Source: an uncultured virus (IMG/VR IMGVR_UViG_3300025853_000059) (Duplodnaviria > Heunggongvirae > Uroviricota > Caudoviricetes). Taken from it: DNA of 64,000 bases. Both the position numbers and the translations under genes were made by a program. Below, piece after piece: positions 26,369-35,803 of the stretch (the stretch's first letter is position 1; the number at the start of each line of letters is the position of its first letter). Under the pieces are notes generated by a model. The model saw nothing but the letters and a program-made list of their open reading frames with translations. It ran no database searches and was not told the origin of the DNA. The stretch lies in IMG/VR virus record IMGVR_UViG_3300025853_000059; one strand, written 5' to 3'.

Positions 26369-28267
26369 TTACTCTTTAATATTTGATTCGTCTAGAAGTG
26401 AGCTTTCATGTTTATCTTCCTCAAATACTAATTGTTTTTTCGCGACTGGGATATTTTTTAACATACCTTTGTGCTTAAGGAAATGATTATTTTCTAAAGC
26501 AAGGGGTGAACCTCCCTTAAAATCAACCTTAAGTTTATCATTGCTGTTGTAATCATTCTTCATTCCAGCAGAACCTAATCTATCCTTACCAAAATTATCA
26601 TCTTGGGTATTTCGTTTAGATACTTTTTCTTTTGGACGACCTAATTCTGAATCATCTTCATTATAACCAGCAGGCACATTAGCTGGGTCTGACATTATTC
26701 TACCTTGACCATATAATGAAGCTAAATCATGAGGCGTACCATATGATTTACCTGTTTCAACAGGATCATTACCTTCAGATTCGATTTGAGTCAAACGGAA
26801 TTTGCGTTTAACATCTTCACGAATCAAGTCTCTGTACTCATCATATTGATCTTCACTTAAGTGGAAGATATTGTCGTAAATCCAATCTGATGGGAATAAT
26901 TGGGTTTCCATCATTTGTTGAGCTAGATCCATCTTTTCTTTCATCAATGCTACTCTTTCCTGATCATAAATGATTGAAGGAGTTGTCATTGATAATTCAA
27001 AATTAGCTAATTGTTCATCTCTATAACCTTGAGTATACAAGTGAACTAAAGCAATTTTATATAATTCAGATGTAATAATACGTTGAATACGCTCAATTGT
27101 ACGAGCAAAACGAATATCTTGAGCAGCTAATGTAGCTTTACCATCTGTATTTTCATCATAACCCATAAATGCTTTAGGTACTTTAAGGGCTGCGAATAAT
27201 TTGTCTCTTAGGTAAGTAACGTCTTCAATACCATCCCATTGTAAACCATTTAGATTTTCAATTTTAGTAGATGTATCATTTCCTCTTACTGGGATATAGA
27301 AATCCTCAAGTAAGTTTTGCATGTTGTATTTTAAGTTATATTCACCTGTTGTTTGATCAACATATGGAGTACGTTTCATTTTAGAAACTGTTTTTTCCAT
27401 AAACGCATCAATTTCATTAGGAGGAATAGAACCAACGTTCATATAGTAAATACGTCTTTCAGGTGCACGTACAATTCTGTGAATTAACATTGCATCCTCC
27501 ATCAACGTATATTGTTTAAACAATTTACGAGCTGGTTCGATATAACTTCTACCATAAGGTAAGAAATTCATATCCGTTAATAAACGGAAGTGAGCCATTT
27601 CGTAATTATCAAAAATAATACTTCTACCATCTACTTGGTTGGGAACATTATAATATCCATAATCCGAAGATGAAACACCTTCTGGGTCAAATCGGTATTT
27701 TACTTCGGTTGGATTTTCTTTATCTTGTCCTTCAATTCTTTCAATATGGAAAGCAGTATAAGGAATTACATTATAAACCCCATATTTTTCAGCAATTTCT
27801 AGTTTTAAAAAGAAATCACCATACTTACACATATTACGAACCCAAGGCCAAAGATTAAATTCGATGTTTAAAACATCATAAAATAAATTGTAAAGAATTT
27901 TCTGAATATCTTCATCTGAAGAGCGAATAGATAATACTTCACCCATATCATTTTTAAGAGTACTTTCGTCAGCCACAATATCAAGAGCAGATGCGATAAT
28001 AGCATCTGTATCCATTGCATCATAATCCGAATAAAGTGAAGGTCTTAAATATTGGTAATTAAAATTGGTTTGTTGACCATATAATGAGGTAGAAGAATTA
28101 GTATAAATTCTATTAAATCTATCTACTAAGGCATTAGTCTGTAGATCTCCAGTTCTTTGGATACTGTTTACATCAAAGACTTTAAGTTGATTACCCCCAG
28201 CGTTGCGGATAACCACGTCTGTTGAGAATAATCTCTGTAATCGTGAAAATAAGCCTTTATCTGCCAT
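26369..28267 (-). CDS. gp20: Portal protein (T4 gp20-like)
   Basis: LMEDAMLIHRIVRAPERRIYY, LEDFYIP.RG, LFAALKVPK, IRFARTIERIQ. Confidence 0.95.
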   Translation of the reverse strand: MADKGLFSRLQRLFSTDVVIRNAGGNQLKVFDVNSIQRTGDLQTNALVDRFNRIYTNSSTSLYGQQTNFNYQYLRPSLYSDYDAMDTDAIIASALDIVADESTLKNDMGEVLSIRSSDEDIQKILYNLFYDVLNIEFNLWPWVRNMCKYGDFFLKLEIAEKYGVYNVIPYTAFHIERIEGQDKENPTEVKYRFDPEGVSSSDYGYYNVPNQVDGRSIIFDNYEMAHFRLLTDMNFLPYGRSYIEPARKLFKQYTLMEDAMLIHRIVRAPERRIYYMNVGSIPPNEIDAFMEKTVSKMKRTPYVDQTTGEYNLKYNMQNLLEDFYIPVRGNDTSTKIENLNGLQWDGIEDVTYLRDKLFAALKVPKAFMGYDENTDGKATLAAQDIRFARTIERIQRIITSELYKIALVHLYTQGYRDEQLANFELSMTTPSIIYDQERVALMKEKMDLAQQMMETQLFPSDWIYDNIFHLSEDQYDEYRDLIREDVKRKFRLTQIESEGNDPVETGKSYGTPHDLASLYGQGRIMSDPANVPAGYNEDDSELGRPKEKVSKRNTQDDNFGKDRLGSAGMKNDYNSNDKLKVDFKGGSPLALENNHFLKHKGMLKNIPVAKKQLVFEEDKHESSLLDESNIKE

Positions 28268-28280
28268 TTTTTAGTTTTGT

Positions 28281-28289
28281 TATAAATAT
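28281..28289 (-). promoter_or_regulatory. ATATTTATA putative late promoter (portal)
   Basis: Exact motif 13 nt upstream of ATG. Confidence 0.7.
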
Positions 28290-28290
28290 G

Positions 28291-29865
28291 TTACAATAGC
28301 CATTTTATGCTCTCATTTTTGCCTCCTACATCCATATTGTATGGATTGTCGACACTATTGGGAGAATATACACCACTATAACTGGTTTTTGTTGATTTAA
28401 CTGCACCCAATGCTGCTCGAGCTGCATCTAAGCTTTGCTGTTGAAACTTGAGTGACGTATCACGTAGGAACATACCAATCCCAAATGACATAACCAAGTC
28501 ATCGTTGTAACCTGTTTGGGCTTCTGGTCTTCCATTTTTCCAAACGAATACTTTCATTTCTTCTAATAATCGTTTTGAGCGAATTGTTACTGATCTATCA
28601 CCAACAAATTCACGGAATTTATTAATACACAACGGTCTAGTACGCATAGACATTGTAAACCCAGGAACCATTTCACTATTGCCTTCATATACGCGTAAAT
28701 ATGAATCTGCTGTTAATTGATCTGATTTAGGTGAATGGTATAAGTTTCTGTATCCTCTTTCTAAGATAGCATCTAATGTTGCCCATCCAATGTTAGCATT
28801 TTCTACTACTAACATAGCATTATTATATTCGGTAGCTAAACCTGTAAGAAAATATCCAAATTCTTTAGGAGGTAATTGACCTCTATATTCGGCAACTTGG
28901 GTATTAGTTGCAATATCAACTACATGACATGCTGAAAAGTCTTTACCATCACCTCTAGCAACGTCAGCAATTACCATATATTCTCTAGAGTAATCAGCTG
29001 GTTCCCAAATCCATAAGTTTTGGTCTACACCTCTACGTTCAACGGGATCTTTAACAGTTGTTTCTTTAATAAATTCAATCCATTCAGAATAAAATACAAT
29101 ATCACCTGAAGTGCTAAAATCACAATCACACTCCTGTGCTGCTAATCTAGGATCACCTAACAATTCATCTTGTCTTTTTCTCCAATTTTCATCTCGTTCA
29201 GGATGTACCCACCAAGGTAATTTAATTGGTAAAAAGTCATTTTCATTATTTTCAGCTGAAACCCATGTTTTATGAAACCAGTTACCGGTACCATAAGGAG
29301 TAGATAATACAATAGCACCACCACCAGTAGCAAGTGTTTGTTGAGCTGAGGCCCAAATCTCACCAATTTGTTCAATAAATGCTGCCTCATCAATTAATAG
29401 CAAAGAAACGGCTTCTGATCGACCAGCATCAGAACTTGCAGAGGTTGCTTTGATTTGGGATCCATTACTTAATCGCAGTGAAAGTTTATTATTTTCATCT
29501 GCATCAATTTTAAGCCATGAAGGTAAATTGTCATACATAAATTTTACCTTCGTAACCATGTTACGGGCTGTTTCTTGCTTTGTTGCAATACAAAGTACGT
29601 TTTTATCTTTATGGAATAACATTAACCACAAAGAATAACCTGCGGACAAAGTTGAGATACCTAACTGTCTTGATTTTAGAATAATCGAGTATGGGTTATC
29701 TCTTAATAAATGTAATGTTTTTTCTTGAAAAGGATATAAATTGAAAATAACACGGCCACGTTGTGGGTGTTGAATGTGACAGTATTTTTTCATAAAGTGA
29801 GCCGGGTCTTGAGCACACTTTAAGTATTCCTGTCTAATTATTGCTTTTAAATCCTGATCAGCCAT
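28291..29865 (-). CDS. terL: Terminase large subunit (T4 gp17-like)
   Basis: LYPFQ, KSRQLGIST, LLIDEAAF, STPYG, ADVARG.G.D, DDLVM. Confidence 0.95.
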   Translation of the reverse strand: MADQDLKAIIRQEYLKCAQDPAHFMKKYCHIQHPQRGRVIFNLYPFQEKTLHLLRDNPYSIILKSRQLGISTLSAGYSLWLMLFHKDKNVLCIATKQETARNMVTKVKFMYDNLPSWLKIDADENNKLSLRLSNGSQIKATSASSDAGRSEAVSLLLIDEAAFIEQIGEIWASAQQTLATGGGAIVLSTPYGTGNWFHKTWVSAENNENDFLPIKLPWWVHPERDENWRKRQDELLGDPRLAAQECDCDFSTSGDIVFYSEWIEFIKETTVKDPVERRGVDQNLWIWEPADYSREYMVIADVARGDGKDFSACHVVDIATNTQVAEYRGQLPPKEFGYFLTGLATEYNNAMLVVENANIGWATLDAILERGYRNLYHSPKSDQLTADSYLRVYEGNSEMVPGFTMSMRTRPLCINKFREFVGDRSVTIRSKRLLEEMKVFVWKNGRPEAQTGYNDDLVMSFGIGMFLRDTSLKFQQQSLDAARAALGAVKSTKTSYSGVYSPNSVDNPYNMDVGGKNESIKWLL

Positions 29866-30446
29866 TATTTTCCAATTCTCCAGTACATACGGCCTGATAG
29901 AACTGGTTGGAAATCTTGATTAACACCTAGCCCAAAACCGTATACATTTCTTTTTTTACTTCTAAATAACATTTCACCGCCTAAATAATTTAATTGGTCT
30001 GTTCTTCCTTGCAAACCTAAACCCCAGTAAAATTCATTTTTATTTAAATAAATTTCTTTTGTAATTGTAGTTGTAGGAATTAAAATATTCGTTCTAATGT
30101 CTCTTGCTAAGATAGTATTTTGAGTAATAGTATCATTTATAATAGCATATCCTACAGTATCAATTTTGAGGGTATCCGAGTAGTAATACTTTGCATAATA
30201 ATCTCTTAAAATAGACAAAGTATCGATAGGCGCCTGGAAAGTATCAATTTCTGTTACAATTTTAGTTTTCCATTTTGGAACATAAGTTTCTTTAATGGTT
30301 TCAATTGTATCGTATCTTACCTCAATTTTAGTAATTACTTCAGGTTCTACCGGGTCACTATCCCCGTTACAAGAACGCATAAGGAGAATAATAACCACTA
30401 ACACTACAATAAGTAGTGATTGGATATTTTTAAAGAAGTCCTTCAA
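29865..30446 (-). CDS. Membrane-anchored / lipoprotein-like protein, possible spanin-type lysis protein
   Basis: N-terminal hydrophobic helix ending LMRSC; C-terminal amphipathic beta strands ending MYWRIGK. Confidence 0.45.
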   Translation of the reverse strand: MKDFFKNIQSLLIVVLVVIILLMRSCNGDSDPVEPEVITKIEVRYDTIETIKETYVPKWKTKIVTEIDTFQAPIDTLSILRDYYAKYYYSDTLKIDTVGYAIINDTITQNTILARDIRTNILIPTTTITKEIYLNKNEFYWGLGLQGRTDQLNYLGGEMLFRSKKRNVYGFGLGVNQDFQPVLSGRMYWRIGK

Positions 30447-30792
30447 GTTCTTTTTTAATTTTGGTAAGCTCTTTTAAACGAGTTAAAAGCTTTGATTTTT
30501 CTGGTTCTTCAGCATCTTTATACTTTTTAACCAACTTTTTCATCTCGTTAGTAGTCTCGCCTAATTTATTAGCAATCTTAGATACAGAATCTCCCTTTTT
30601 AATTTCAGCATCAGTCGGTTCAACATCCTCATCTTCTTCAGCTAATGCTTGACCTAATTTATCAGCTTTCTGTTGAGTAAGATCTAATTCCTTATTTAGG
30701 TCTTGTTGTGCTTTAATATCCTCAGGATCTGCTTCAGATAACATAGAGATAATTTCTTCGCGAAGATATGCTTTAAATTCAGACTTTTTCAT
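30430..30792 (-). CDS. Putative internal head protein with MKKSE leader
   Basis: MKKSEFKAYLREEI..LSE leader; own ATATTTATA motif. Confidence 0.55.
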   Translation of the reverse strand: MKKSEFKAYLREEIISMLSEADPEDIKAQQDLNKELDLTQQKADKLGQALAEEDEDVEPTDAEIKKGDSVSKIANKLGETTNEMKKLVKKYKDAEEPEKSKLLTRLKELTKIKKELEGLL

Positions 30793-30806
30793 TTGAATAT
30801 TTTTGT

Positions 30807-30815
30807 TATAAATAT
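30807..30815 (-). promoter_or_regulatory. ATATTTATA putative late promoter
   Basis: Exact motif; 19-nt context identical to that at 16657-16675. Confidence 0.7.
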
Positions 30816-31345
30816 CATGAAAAAATTACCTTTTTCATCTGTTTAATACGTTCTTCAGTAGTACCTGATAATGTGTTAAAGTTTTTAATTTTATGAATAT
30901 ACTTATTAGTTAATAATTGGATTGTTTCATCAATCATTTTTCTATAAGCAGCATCAGTTTCTCTAACTCCATTATCTTCGATCTCTACTCCTTCAGGAGA
31001 CACATAAAAAATATAATCATATTCATGAAGCATATTAGCAGCAAAATCACAAAAATCTTGTGCCTCAAGATAATTCATTGATTTAGAACATTTTGCAAAT
31101 GCCATTACATCAATAATAGTACGATCTGTAATGATATTTTCTTGCATTAATTCGCTAGCACGTTCTGCTAAAAATACTGCTTGACCTTTAACTGTTGAAT
31201 CTGTGTTTAATGGAATCCCCATTGCCATTAATTCTTTAGAACGTTCTGTTCTAGTAACATAATCTTTAAATTCAGGTACTTCTTGTAATGCATTTACAAG
31301 TGTTGTTTTACCTACTGACATTGTTCCGCAAAGACCTATTTTCAT
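30815..31345 (-). CDS. P-loop kinase, NadR/AAA_28-like nucleoside or nucleotide kinase
   Basis: GTMSVGKTTL, ITDRTIID, YDYIFY, EDNGVR. Confidence 0.8.
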   Translation of the reverse strand: MKIGLCGTMSVGKTTLVNALQEVPEFKDYVTRTERSKELMAMGIPLNTDSTVKGQAVFLAERASELMQENIITDRTIIDVMAFAKCSKSMNYLEAQDFCDFAANMLHEYDYIFYVSPEGVEIEDNGVRETDAAYRKMIDETIQLLTNKYIHKIKNFNTLSGTTEERIKQMKKVIFS

Positions 31346-31728
31346 GATTGTGAATCTCCTGGTTTAACTCTATAACTATCGTGATCAAAATGTTGAGTTG
31401 ATACCTCAAATATACAACTTCCTTCTTCAAGAGCCAACATTTGGTGGGGTTGTCCTGGCATTAGGTGGATACAATCACCTTCACTAACTACTTGCTCATG
31501 TTCAGTAGCTGTTTCAGTATCAATCCATTTGTAAATAAATTGGCCTTTTGAAATATACCATGCTTCATCTTTAAGCAAATGGTAATGCATTGAAAATTGT
31601 TTTCCCTTTTTAAACACTAAAAGCTTGCCACAATACAGATCATTGTTAATGATCCATAACTCGTAGCCCCAAGCTTTCTCGTGTCGCTCACCTTGGTAAG
31701 GTTGAGCTTCGATTGTTAAATCTCTCAT
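31342..31728 (-). CDS. Cupin, sugar-isomerase-like
   Basis: KAWGYE.W, SMHYH..KDEAW, PGQPHQM, EVST. Confidence 0.8.
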   Translation of the reverse strand: MRDLTIEAQPYQGERHEKAWGYELWIINNDLYCGKLLVFKKGKQFSMHYHLLKDEAWYISKGQFIYKWIDTETATEHEQVVSEGDCIHLMPGQPHQMLALEEGSCIFEVSTQHFDHDSYRVKPGDSQS

Positions 31729-31730
31729 AC

Positions 31731-31997
31731 TTAGTGTCTTACGTTAGCACCTGCTTGTTTATACCAAGGAAGCCCTTCACGATTGCTTAATGCTTCTTTG
31801 TAACTTTCTTGATCGTATTCAATACCATTTAAATACCAAGCTTTTCTTAATTTACATTCTTCTCCTTCAATAGGTTCAATTGCTGGACCATCCCAACTGT
31901 GATATTTCCAGTTTTCTTCACCTTGCATTCTAATAAAATAATGATACGCACCTTGCGATCTCATTTTTCTGTACTCGTATAATCTATCTTTTGCCAT
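31731..31997 (-). CDS. Hypothetical protein with H..DGPA...WYLNG repeat-like motif
   Basis: YHSWDGPAIE...AWYLNGIEY. Confidence 0.65.
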   Translation of the reverse strand: MAKDRLYEYRKMRSQGAYHYFIRMQGEENWKYHSWDGPAIEPIEGEECKLRKAWYLNGIEYDQESYKEALSNREGLPWYKQAGANVRH

Positions 31998-32006
31998 AAT
32001 ATTTAT

Positions 32007-33392
32007 TTAAAAGTGTTCGTGAAAATCAGGATAGTCTTGCATGTCTTCTGCATATTGTAGAATATACTCTGCAACATAAGTTCCTTGTGCTCCGGATACT
32101 GTTATGCCCCGCGCACTTAAAGCATCTCCTACAAAATGTACATTGTTGTAATCAGCTAATGCTAATGTATCGTAATCTACAAGTGGTTCAGGAGACAAAT
32201 ATTTGACTTCAGGAATATAAACACCCCAATCGTCTTCAAGTGTTGGGAATACTTTTTTCATATCCTCAATAAAGTCTTCAATATAATCGTAGTAACCCTG
32301 AAATGCATCCTTTACAATATCAAGTGAATCAATAGGTAAAGCAGCAATTCTTTCACCTTCACTTGTAGTACCTACTTTACGTGATGGGCTATAATATAAA
32401 CCAGCTTGAAGTTTTGGAGCAAAACGTCCTAAACGGCCTTGATCTGGGATAATTGCAGTATTTACTTTATCAACCAATTCACGTGACCAATCAAATGGAT
32501 TTTCGATACCTGGGATTTCCATTAAGATACCAAAATTGGTCATATCATTTCTATATTGTTCACCTTTTTTAGCGTGACCATTATAGCTTACATCTCCATA
32601 TGTTTGTTCAACAGCTACATAAGCAGCATTGTTGTTTGTACAGAATGAGCGAAGCGAAACACCATTATCAAATTTACGATACAATTTGAAATCGTAACTG
32701 ATATCAATTAACTTTTGGAAGTGGTGTTGAGGAGCTTCAAAACGAACACCAATTTGTACTGGTTTTGGTTCTGTAGGGAATGAATAATCATCTGCTAGCT
32801 GTTTACCAAAATCAATACCTGATTTACCAACTGCAAAGATTAGGCGGTCATATTTTATTGTTTCTTTTGGAGTATTCCAATCACAATATAATTCTTGAGC
32901 ATCAAAATCAATTGAAGTTACTTTAGTCTCCCAAATAAATTTAACACCTTTAGATACTAGATAATCGTACCAATTTTTACCAATCTCGTGTAGATAATCT
33001 GTACCAACGTGCCATACAGGGAACAAACGTAAACCGAAATATGGTTTAATAAAGTCAGGTTCTGCTTGAGGATCTGAACATTGTACTTCCTCTGGTTTAG
33101 GATGGAAACGTTTAAAGTTAGTAATTACCTCATCAAACAATTCCATTGCCTTTTCCTCACCACAATACTTAGACATATGACCTCCAATTGCGGTGTGGTA
33201 AGTTAATTTACCATCACTCCAACCACCAGCACCTAAAAAGCCCTCCATTACTTCGGCGGGCTTTCTTTTGTATGGGTCTTTCCCCATATCAATAATGGTG
33301 ATATTTTCTCCAGGATAACCATTGTCTACGAGTTTGGTTGCAGCGTTTACTCCTGCTACACCTGCTCCTACAATTACTAGTTTCTCTGTCAT
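32007..33392 (-). CDS. FAD-dependent oxidoreductase (uncharacterised GAG..SDGKL family)
   Basis: IVGAGVAG Rossmann motif, GAGGWSDGKL, IGVRFE, RSFC, FVGD...RGI. Confidence 0.85.
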   Translation of the reverse strand: MTEKLVIVGAGVAGVNAATKLVDNGYPGENITIIDMGKDPYKRKPAEVMEGFLGAGGWSDGKLTYHTAIGGHMSKYCGEEKAMELFDEVITNFKRFHPKPEEVQCSDPQAEPDFIKPYFGLRLFPVWHVGTDYLHEIGKNWYDYLVSKGVKFIWETKVTSIDFDAQELYCDWNTPKETIKYDRLIFAVGKSGIDFGKQLADDYSFPTEPKPVQIGVRFEAPQHHFQKLIDISYDFKLYRKFDNGVSLRSFCTNNNAAYVAVEQTYGDVSYNGHAKKGEQYRNDMTNFGILMEIPGIENPFDWSRELVDKVNTAIIPDQGRLGRFAPKLQAGLYYSPSRKVGTTSEGERIAALPIDSLDIVKDAFQGYYDYIEDFIEDMKKVFPTLEDDWGVYIPEVKYLSPEPLVDYDTLALADYNNVHFVGDALSARGITVSGAQGTYVAEYILQYAEDMQDYPDFHEHF

Positions 33393-33416
33393 GTTTTTAA
33401 ATTAAATTTAACTTAT

Positions 33417-33448
33417 TAAATATACGAACAAAAAATGTGGCCCCCAAA
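33417..33448 (-). promoter_or_regulatory. Host-type promoter TTTG-N20-TATATTTA overlapping upstream terminator
   Basis: Matches Bacteroidota -33/-7 architecture; extended motif TTCGTATATT. Confidence 0.6.
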
Positions 33449-33460
33449 TTGGAGGCCACA
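33430..33460 (-). terminator. Rho-independent terminator
   Basis: TGTGGCCTCCA-ATT-TGGGGGCCACA followed by T6. Confidence 0.88.
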
Positions 33461-33512
33461 GATCTCATAATTTTTTCTTTCTCTTGCGAGCGGACAGGCT
33501 ATGAATCTATCC
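33461..33512 (-). ncRNA. Candidate H-type pseudoknot RNA element
   Basis: P1 GGAUAG/CUGUCC; loop UCAUAG pairs with downstream UUAUGA; CUC-GCAA-GAG hairpin; A-rich linker. Confidence 0.45.
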
Positions 33513-33528
33513 TATAAATTTTAACTTA

Positions 33529-34185
33529 TTATCCTGCAGGAGCCCAATAAGCAGCAGCGTGTTTACCACTAGATTCTTTAAATACTCCCATACCATAATA
33601 TAAAATCTTAGCAGCTGCATTACCATCATTATCACCAGATGTTGGGTAATCGTTTTTCTTCATTGGTAAACCAATTGCATTTGCTCCTGCTCCTAAACTA
33701 CCATTAGCAATATACCATACAAGTACAGTACCATCTAATTGAGAACCAAATTTAATAACAGAACCAGGAACTAATACTGTGTATACGGAAGCAGCTAAAG
33801 AACCGTGATGGCATATCTGATCTTGAGTGATACCTGCTCTATCATATGCCCCGTTTTGTCCAGGAATTTGAGATAAATCACTAACTAAATCATTATCAAC
33901 ACACCCAATTACAAATACTTGTGGAGAACCTTGAAAACCAGCAGCATTAAAATTTTGGGTCCAGTTTTCAATACTATTATAGTTAGGGTTTGAACCACCA
34001 CCTCCATAAGCCTCTCCACAATTGGCTCCATCATAGGATCCTCCAGGATTAGCAATAACTAAGTTATTAGAGGGGACGAGGGTATTTACACCCGCAATAT
34101 CGTAAGTACTAAATTCATAGGCACCAGCTATTGATGCACCCGGTCTAGCGTCAAATCCTCCGATGTAATATAAATAATTTGCCAT
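33529..34185 (-). CDS. Gly/Asn-rich hypothetical late protein (possible virion surface protein)
   Basis: 218-aa ORF with own ATATTTATA (34210-34218) and terminator. Confidence 0.65.
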   Translation of the reverse strand: MANYLYYIGGFDARPGASIAGAYEFSTYDIAGVNTLVPSNNLVIANPGGSYDGANCGEAYGGGGSNPNYNSIENWTQNFNAAGFQGSPQVFVIGCVDNDLVSDLSQIPGQNGAYDRAGITQDQICHHGSLAASVYTVLVPGSVIKFGSQLDGTVLVWYIANGSLGAGANAIGLPMKKNDYPTSGDNDGNAAAKILYYGMGVFKESSGKHAAAYWAPAG

Positions 34186-34228
34186 TTGTTTTTGTGTTTA
34201 TGTTTTGTTTATAAATATGGTAAAAAAA

Positions 34229-34561
34229 TTATTCTTGCCAGAGTTTATACTCTTTCCAAATCTTTATTTTTAAATTTCCTTCTCCTTTAACAACTCTATG
34301 CCATTGATGGATAGGAATAAAAAAAGTTGCTTCGGGTTTTAATTCTATTGGTAATTTATCTTCAAATTGAAACCCCCAACCTTTACCACACTCTAAAACT
34401 TCAACGTGTCTATCTTCATTATCTCGATGCCACATCAATTCAATTGGATCAATGTTTTGAGAAAATTCTCTAACAGTGTATTCGTCTGTGGTTTCTAAAT
34501 CCACATAAGGACGATCACCAGAATCCTGAGAAGTTAGATTTGAGTCCGAGTAATTTTGCAT
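34229..34561 (-). CDS. Small cupin-like phage protein (start uncertain)
   Basis: LMWHRD.EDR...WGFQF..LP..L...WHRVVKG; nearest in-frame ATG at 34561; track start overlaps the upstream gene heavily. Confidence 0.65.
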   Translation of the reverse strand: MQNYSDSNLTSQDSGDRPYVDLETTDEYTVREFSQNIDPIELMWHRDNEDRHVEVLECGKGWGFQFEDKLPIELKPEATFFIPIHQWHRVVKGEGNLKIKIWKEYKLWQE

Positions 34562-35780
34562 AGCGAGGTAATCTACAGCTCCAATATGATGCCTTTGTTC
34601 TGTCATTCCTAGTTGAACATTTATGTCTTTTAGCAAAAGCAGATCTTGCTTTAGAGTCATTAATTTTAGCTCTTAAACCACCTGAACCAAAGCGTACAGT
34701 TTTGACGTTTCCTGTTTTAGGATCTTTAACGTATACTTTATATGCTTTACCACCTGAGGTATCGCGCATTGGTTTTCCGATTGGTTTATTATCTTTTTTC
34801 TTAGCTTTCTTTTTAGCTTCGTTAATAGATTCTGAAAGTTTAGATAATTGATCTTTAGCGGCTTGAATTTTTTCTTTGTATTCCCCTACTAAAGTTGATA
34901 GTTTAATAGGTTCATCCATATCCATTTCATCAACCCATTCTTTAGGAAATTTCTTTAAAAGTAACTCTCTATCAACACTTTCACCTTTGTAATTTCCTTC
35001 GGCATCATAAATAGGAACACTCAAACCATAAGGATTTGATTTTTCTCTCATACCTAAAGCTAATCTAAGTTCGTGTAATTTGATTAGTGATTGAGCTTCT
35101 TTAGTTAAATAGTCAATATATGCTGTTAAGTATTCTTTACTTTTTGCTAATTCTTCAGTGTTTAGTTTAGTACCAAATTTTTGCTTAATCTCAGAAACTT
35201 TTTTAAGAGCAGCACCTACTACTTGATCAGCTTTGTCGTATTCTTGGGCTTTAGTTTTAACAGCACCCTCATCATACCAGCTTACTTTTTTACTATAAGG
35301 ACTTTTTTCATCTTTGTATAATTCACCACTTTTCCACTGGTTGTATAATTTTCTACCAGGAGATGAATTACCCATAATAGCATTACCAACATCAGATTTT
35401 ACAGCCCAAACTAGATCTTTTAAAAATCCTTCATCAAGCATTTCTTCATTTAAATCAAGATATTCATCTTCCATGATGAAGTCTAGAGGAACGCGAGTAC
35501 CATCTTCTAAAGTACCAAAATGACCTAAATTTGTTTCAGTTAAAACAGCTAAATCATCCTCGTTTGTAATTTCTAAAATATTACGAGAATATAAAGAGCG
35601 AGCTTCAGCCCACAAATTAAAATAGTTTTGTGAACCAGCACGATAAACATGCTCGGTTAACGGTCTATTATTGTCCATATGGTATTTTAAACCTTCAGAC
35701 AATATCTGTTTTGGAGCTAGACTTTCATTTAAAGTAAGCGCCTTTTTCGTATCGCAAGTATTACATCCGCAGCTACACAT
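34515..35780 (-). CDS. Modular putative head protein: Cys-rich leader, central variable module, basic C-terminal His/Cys domain
   Basis: MCSCGCNTC..LNE; LNE/LDE/ESINE junctions; C-terminal KVYVKDPKTGNVKTVRFG...RHKC...YWSC; ATATTTATA at 35796-35804. Confidence 0.65.
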   Translation of the reverse strand: MCSCGCNTCDTKKALTLNESLAPKQILSEGLKYHMDNNRPLTEHVYRAGSQNYFNLWAEARSLYSRNILEITNEDDLAVLTETNLGHFGTLEDGTRVPLDFIMEDEYLDLNEEMLDEGFLKDLVWAVKSDVGNAIMGNSSPGRKLYNQWKSGELYKDEKSPYSKKVSWYDEGAVKTKAQEYDKADQVVGAALKKVSEIKQKFGTKLNTEELAKSKEYLTAYIDYLTKEAQSLIKLHELRLALGMREKSNPYGLSVPIYDAEGNYKGESVDRELLLKKFPKEWVDEMDMDEPIKLSTLVGEYKEKIQAAKDQLSKLSESINEAKKKAKKKDNKPIGKPMRDTSGGKAYKVYVKDPKTGNVKTVRFGSGGLRAKINDSKARSAFAKRHKCSTRNDRTKASYWSCRLPRYAKLLGLKSNFSGFW

Positions 35781-35803
35781 ATTGTTTTGTTTTATTATAA
35801 ATA

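Noticed and set aside
34229..34660. Programmed frameshift joining the 421-aa gene and the cupin
   Set aside because: No clear slippery site; an in-frame ATG or GTG start explains the overlap
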